Source: Vermamoeba vermiformis
Taxonomy: Eukaryota
Direction: 5' to 3'
DNA: 64,000 bases
Assembly: GCA_045837725.1 (NCBI GenBank)
Contig: JBEWZL010000011.1
Location: 62,001-126,000, forward strand
Each line of letters opens with the position of its first letter. Positions within the stretch are counted from its first letter, which is position 1. The notes under the pieces are model-generated. The model had not been told where the DNA came from. It saw only the letters and a list, made by a program, of their open reading frames with translations, and ran no database searches. The translations under genes and the position numbers were made by a program. Of this stretch, positions 57,701-64,000 are shown piece after piece.

Positions 57701-60700
57701 AAGGAAAAGCTGTTCGTGCAATATATTTTACTAACCAGACCAGCCTTGGACTTCATTACTCCTGTCACCATGTACGTGATTGCCAATTATTCCACTGAAG
57801 GAGGCCTTACCAAGGTCAGAGAGGCTGTCAATTTCTTGGTATGTACCCATGGAAAACTGCGCAAGAGCGCGTCTATTGACATTAGATTAGGCTCAAGAAG
57901 AAGCTCCCAAAGCTCGTCTTGGTTTCATCAACTGCTTGGCTTCGAAGTCCGCTGACGCCCACGACCGTGTTCTTGCTCAAAGCATCCGAGCTGCCGCTGC
58001 TGCATATCCCACCAAGTCCGCCTTGCCTCTCGTGCAATCATTGTTGCAACAAGAGTTGTCTGGTGTCTCAATTGCCTCGGTTGAAAAGCTTGTCAAGGAC
58101 GCTGGTCTCGATGTTGAGAAGTTCAAAGAGAAGTACGAGATTAATGATATTAGTGATTGACGGTTACTAATAGGCAATGTTAGGTACGCTTTGGACTTGA
58201 CTTCTGTTAACAGACTCGAACAAGAGTTCTGCGAGACTGTTGTCAAAGTCAACGAGTCTCAAGCTGTCATCATTGCCAACGGTCGTGTAAGTGTTGGCGC
58301 TGTTGGTATAAATGTAGCAGGACTAATTCGTTGTAGGTTGTTGCTCTTAATGAGGAAGACTTGTTCAACATTGACGACTTCGGGCTGCTCAACTACTACG
58401 AGGCTCAAACTCGTGCCAAGACCGTGCAAGATGCAGTTGAAAACGCCGATTTTGATGGTGTTGCTGCCGAGGATGTCACTAGCGCTTTCAAGAGCGATAT
58501 TATTCGTGATGCTGTCTCATTGTTGTTGAAGGGCCAAGACGATTTGCCTGCAATTAAGCTTGGCACAAATATCATTCCGTAAGTCCTACTAAACGAATAT
58601 TTAATATGCTGGTTATTAATGTCATGGCAGTTCGGTTCTCAAATCCTCCGAAGCTGCTACTATCCAAATCAAGGCTATCGTCAATCCTTTCGCTCCTTCC
58701 GCTCAAAAGATCGTCCCCATTTTGATCGTAAGTCAAATCTAACGTAGATGAGTTGTCACCTAACTCGTTTATTAGTTTATTGCCGATCACTTGGAAGTTG
58801 ATTTGACTTTGTACCTCAACCCTGCCAACTCCTTGTCGCACATGCCTTTGAAGAACTACTACAGATACGTCTTGGAGAAGATTCAGTTCGACGAGAAGGG
58901 CAATTTGAACCAACCGGGCATCGCTAATTTCCACTCCTTCTTGCCGCAAACGAAGTTGCTTTCAATGAACGTGCACCCACCTGTTCCTTGGTTCGTTGGT
59001 GCTATTGAGTGCAAATACGACTTGGACAACTTGGTGTTGCAAGACATTCCTAAGGCCGAGAAGATTGTCAAGGCTGTCTACGAACTCGAAAACATCTTGG
59101 TCGAAGGTAGCTGTGGTGATATGAGCAACAGAGGCATTCCTCCTCGTGGCTTGGAATTAATTCTTGGTGACCGAATGGAGCCTCATCAAGTCGATACTAT
59201 GGTCATGTCTAACTTGGGTACGAACTAGATGAATTTTTCATTCCCTCTATTATGGTACTAATGTCATGCTTCGTAGGTTACTTCCAATTGAAGTCTAATC
59301 CTGGTGTTCATACCTTGCAATTGTCACAGGGCCGAGCTAGTGATATCTACCAAATTATCAACCACAACGTCGCCGTGCAAAACCAAACGATTGTTATCAA
59401 TAGTTTCAATGGCGCTCAGATCCAACTTCAAGTACGACCAAAAGCCAAACTGAGTGAATTTTCACATTTTACTAACACACTCTGCAGGTCAAGAAACGTG
59501 CTGGCAAAGAGAATGAAAAGCTTTTTGTTGACGAAGAGAAGCCTAATGTCGCTGAAGATCCCAGTCTTTGGTCTTCTGTCGCTAGCATGTTTGGCAGCAA
59601 GGGCGAGACTAACGCCGAGGTAGCCAAGAAAGACGAGACCATTCACGTGTTCTCATTGGCCTCTGGTCACTTGTACGAGCGTTTCTTGAAGATTATGATG
59701 TTGTCTGTCACCAAGCACTCATCGAAACCCGTCAAGTTCTGGTTGTTGAAGAATTTCTTGTCGCCCAAGTTCCGCGTAAGTTTTATCGAGGTTTTCTACG
59801 TGGTGAGACCTTGAACTGATTTCCTTTTTAGGAATACGTGCCTAAGATGGCTAAGGCCTACAACTTCAGCGTTGAGTTGATGACCTTCAAGTGGCCTGCT
59901 TGGTTGCAGAAACAGACTGAGAAGCAACGTATTATCTGGGGTTACAAGATTTTGTTCTTGGACGTCTTGTTCCCTCTTGACGTTCAAAAAGTCATTTACG
60001 TCGATGCTGATCAGGTACGTACATGTCCAAACTAATGTGAGGTACCTTTGTTGACTAAATCGTGTAGGTTGTTCGTGCGGATCTTGCTGAGTTGTGGAAC
60101 ATGGATCTGCAAGGTCGCGTGTACGGCTACACTCCATTCTGCCAAGGCGAGTATATGAGAGAAGAGACTAAGGGCTTTAGATTCTGGGACACTGGCTACT
60201 GGCACGATTATTTGCGCGGCAAGCCTTATCACATCAGCGCTTTGTACGTCGTAGATTTGTATAGAATGAGAAAGTTCGGCATTGGTGATCAAATCAGAGC
60301 GCACTATGATGGCCTGAGCAAGGACCCGAACTCTTTGGCCAACTTGGATCAGGTAAGAAAAAACAGTTTGGAGGTTAGAAAGCTTACTGAATTTCTCCAA
60401 ATAGGATCTTCCTAACTATTTGCAACATCAAATCCCCATCTTCTCATTGCCTCAAGAATGGCTGTGGTGCGAGACTTGGTGTACCGATGAATCTAAGCCC
60501 AAGGCTAAGACGATTGATATGGTAAGGATCCGGATCTGTTTTAAAAATTCGAAGCTACGGATCTAATTTGTTGTTTAGTGCAATAATCCGTTGACTAAGA
60601 AGCCTAAGTTGGAGAACGCTGTTCGTATCGTTGAAGAATGGACAGATCTGGATAATGAAGCCAAAGCACTCGATGCTATTTTAGAAAGCGCTAATAAGAA

Positions 60701-60710
60701 CCAGAAATAA
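54767..60710 (+). CDS. UGGT: UDP-glucose:glycoprotein glucosyltransferase
   Basis: Signal peptide; [109 protein letters not shown]. Confidence 0.98.
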
Positions 60711-61561
60711 GCTCAAATTTTGCATTTTAAATCGCAATGAGGTGACATAAAACAAGTATTTTTAATCTTTGATCATTTTTCGTTATTGGACTAAGCAACA
60801 ACCAACTACAATGACCTACGAACATAATATTTGTTGCTATAATTATTGTTGCCGGCGTAGAACTGTATGGCAGGATCGAGCTCCATTTGATCCGTAAGGG
60901 CTTATTAGTTATTGACTCCCAGACACCCTAAATAATTATAATATTATTTTATGTAATTAATTAATAATGCAGAACATATTTTGAGCAGATTTTGCGGGAC
61001 GCTAGTGCATCCGATCGGAATTAAAACATTTCCTTGGCTCTCTGAGAGCTATTAAGTTGCTAAGAAGAAATATTAATTTTTATTACAGACAGCAATGCTA
61101 TACGTTTGGCTCGCTTGGATCAAAGCAAGGCGGCAAGTACTCTCGAATGAAATTTCATTGTGCTTAGGAGACTTTTTGGCGGTTTAGCTAAACCTATAAG
61201 TGGGTATGTCCTAATACAATAGAATTTGTCGTTTGGCAACACATTGGTACCAAAGCTAATTTATCAACCAGCACATGCGGATCAAGCTAAGCAGGATACT
61301 GATTCAGATTGGGAGATACCTTGGACCAGTATACTTTATCTACATCTCGACAAACATGTATTAATGTCAGTTGTTATGAGTGAAGAGTCCAAGTGCAATC
61401 TGTCCCTTAAAGTGATTGGTCACTTCGGATGTGACAATTGTGCGAAAACTCCCAATTTATTCCATCCCGTACGTACATTATTTTCTGACCGGACAAATCT
61501 GCGTTTAATTTGCCAATCAAATAGGACAAGAACGTAGTGATTGCCTACGAACCCTTGTGGA

Positions 61562-64000
61562 ATGTTCTGCTTTTCACCGAACCAAATCCAACTCGACGGC
61601 TCCGTCATACCAAGCCATTCTACAGGCCGTGTCCGTTTGTCATCTGATCTGCCCGTCAGCAGTATAGTGACAAGTCTTCGAGAGTATCTTCAAGAGAGCT
61701 CTGGCGATACAGTGGTACAGAACGCGATCCAAGCAGTTATTAACGAACTTGAAGGTATACAACGTTTTATATCCGTTTCTAAACCCTATAATAACCATAT
61801 TGTTGCATTTGTTTATGGTATTATGACATCTTTAAATAGGGAAGCAGTTTTCTCGTTTGTTTTGTTTCCAACCGCTGAATTTGTAGTTCTCACAAAAAAG
61901 ATTGCACTTCGGAGATATGTTCGACTTTGTATATTAATGCTGTATTTAAGGTTCAACGTCGGGCATTCGGGCTCTACCGTCGATTTTCTCTCGCGAACTC
62001 GTGCAGATCTTGAGTATCTTTTTGGATGCCCGTCAATCACAACAACCCCTCCCAAGTCTCAAAGACTTCAGACAACAACTGGTCGGCGCATCAGGACTGT
62101 CGTTATCAAGCTATTTGGCTCAGTTTATTATCGCATCTGCAGAGACAGACGAAGAAATCTCCACTTACACAGTTGCTTCATTGATTACGTTGATAGAAAT
62201 CGCAGTGCTGCTAGAGAGTAAGTTATTTTTATGTTGCTTGACACGCTATTTAGTTTGAACCAGAGATCAGATCTTGATCCGAATAATTCACAGTTTACCT
62301 AACTGTAACGTTTAGAGCGAGGATTATGGCCGTCAAAGTACTCTTCATATATAGTCTCGGGAGCATCAAGGCCGCAAATTCTAACAGCGAGTCGAATGTC
62401 AGACTCGTCATTTTCAGTTCCAGTCATTCTTGACACGAACACTCTTGTTGTCAAAGGACCTGCTTCAAATCTTCCAAAACTAACAGCGTACATTCAACAA
62501 AACTACAACAAAACCATCACTGCAAGTGAGTATTTGCGTAAATTTGAATGTTCTCTGGCATTTCTAACGAAACGACAGAACCCATAGAACCAACTGACGA
62601 TTTACCAACGGCTTTAATCATCGACTTTCCTCACCCAACAAGGCCAGAGTTCTCAACATTGATGATGGAAGAGCTGCCACCCGTGTTGACGAGACTGCAA
62701 GGCTTCATCAGCCGCAACTCAAACTTCCCTTCAGAACGACTCCTGAAGATTCCACTCGTGTCACCATTCGACGGATGTATGACAGGCAAGTCGTTGGTGT
62801 GTCAAGTGCGCATGGTACCATCGATGGGAACACCCATGTTCGATGCAATGATCGACTTCTTGGTTGGCAGACCAATCGATCTTCCTTTACTTCGTTCAAC
62901 AATCAACTTTGTTCTCACCAACAATAAATCTCAACATCGGTCGTTGTTTGTTGTCTCGAGCACATCAGAGTCACATGAGATTCAAATGGACACAACCAAA
63001 CCTCCTTCATTTGAGTTCGGTAAGAATATCTCAGACACTTGTTTCACAAGAGCGAAACTAACATTGACTTTGACGTTCAATGAGACAGGTGAAAAAGAAG
63101 TACCACTGAACATCAACCAGAAGATGATTGCACTTCATCAACAGCGCTACCCATCATCGTCAATCTACAACATCACCGATATTGTGCGCGTCACTGGTGT
63201 GCGTTGAAAAGGCCAAGCTGATCGATGCTGTTCAAATGCTCTACATCTCGCACCCAAGTTGCACAATGATACTGAAAGACAACGAGACCGCAGTTATTGC
63301 AAGCTCTAGTGTTGTGCGATCAATGGCCGAAAAATCAGTCTTCATGCACGAGCCTATCAAAGAAGAAGATCTAATGGCCGCGATAACAAAGAACACAAAA
63401 ATGCCATTTATGGTTTCGGAGCCAAATGGATTGGTGAGATTTCATATCTTTCCAATTGTAAACACGAAAACAGCAATTGTTCAAGGCATCGTGCATCACT
63501 TGGCAAGCGATGGTTTCTCCGGCTTTTCAATGCCCCCGCGCGTAATTCAATTTTACCATCGCGAAGATAACTTCTTCTGGCAACTCACTCATGCTCTTCG
63601 TCCATCAGCAGTCGATGTGATGCTTCACTTCAATGCATGTCAAACACAACTCACACAAACAAAGAATGCAATGAAAGAATTTTGGACATCAAAGATTGCC
63701 TCGGGAGAGTTCGATCATCGCTTGGACATGCTGACAAGCATGCCTCGAGGAGGTGCACCAACATTCAATGGTGCTGAACGCATCGTCAAGCTTGAGTCAT
63801 CACTTTGGGAAGGACTGAAGAACAAGTCAAGTGAACTTGGCAGCACTCGCTTCCACTTGCTTGCAGCAGCATGGTCGATCGTGGTGTCTCGCTACAGTCA
63901 ACAAAACAAGTTCAACCTCGGCACAGCGTTTCATTGCAGAAAAGAAGACTGGCTCGATGCAACCATCTTCACATCGAATGCAATGCCAGTTCGTGTGGAG
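61562..64000 (+). CDS. NRPS copy 3, 5' part only (SAT/AT-like and C domain; runs off the window); apparent frameshift near 63201
   Basis: ATG 61562 (MFCFSPNQIQLDGS). Introns fall at the same four positions as in copies 1 and 2 (e.g. 61755-61950, 63020-63088). HHLASDG near 63495. Inverted relative to copies 1 and 2. Confidence 0.9.

Overview
A gene-dense, AT-rich eukaryotic window with short GT-AG introns carrying CTAAY-type branch points. The gene content (Zn2Cys6 factor, IQ-DH-PH-RhoGAP, C2-RhoGAP, UGGT) suggests a free-living protist, possibly amoebozoan, but the taxon cannot be fixed from sequence. About 20 genes can be reconstructed. The main feature is a three-copy family of ~2,300-aa single-module NRPS genes: two in tandem on the minus strand (22086-29353, 30375-37791) and a third, truncated by the window edge, on the plus strand (61562-64000). 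Their apparent architecture is one I do not recognise: FAS-beta-type starter acyltransferase-like domain, C, A, T, cysteine-type TE, then an Acg-like FMN nitroreductase/oxidase. The tandem pair lies beside an isochorismatase-like hydrolase, a carbon-nitrogen hydrolase, an EEP nuclease/phosphatase and a Zn2Cys6 regulator, which resembles a biosynthetic gene cluster. Each NRPS copy has one apparent single-base frameshift, possibly an assembly error. Other notable items are an Elongin C-like + Elongin A-like + LRR fusion, a 1,707-aa protein with twelve 78-aa His-motif helical repeats, a tandem acetoacetate decarboxylase, a Sororin-motif protein, a CpG-depleted pseudogene at the left edge and a recurring RGATCY motif in introns. 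All domain calls come from motif recognition by eye, not from database searches.
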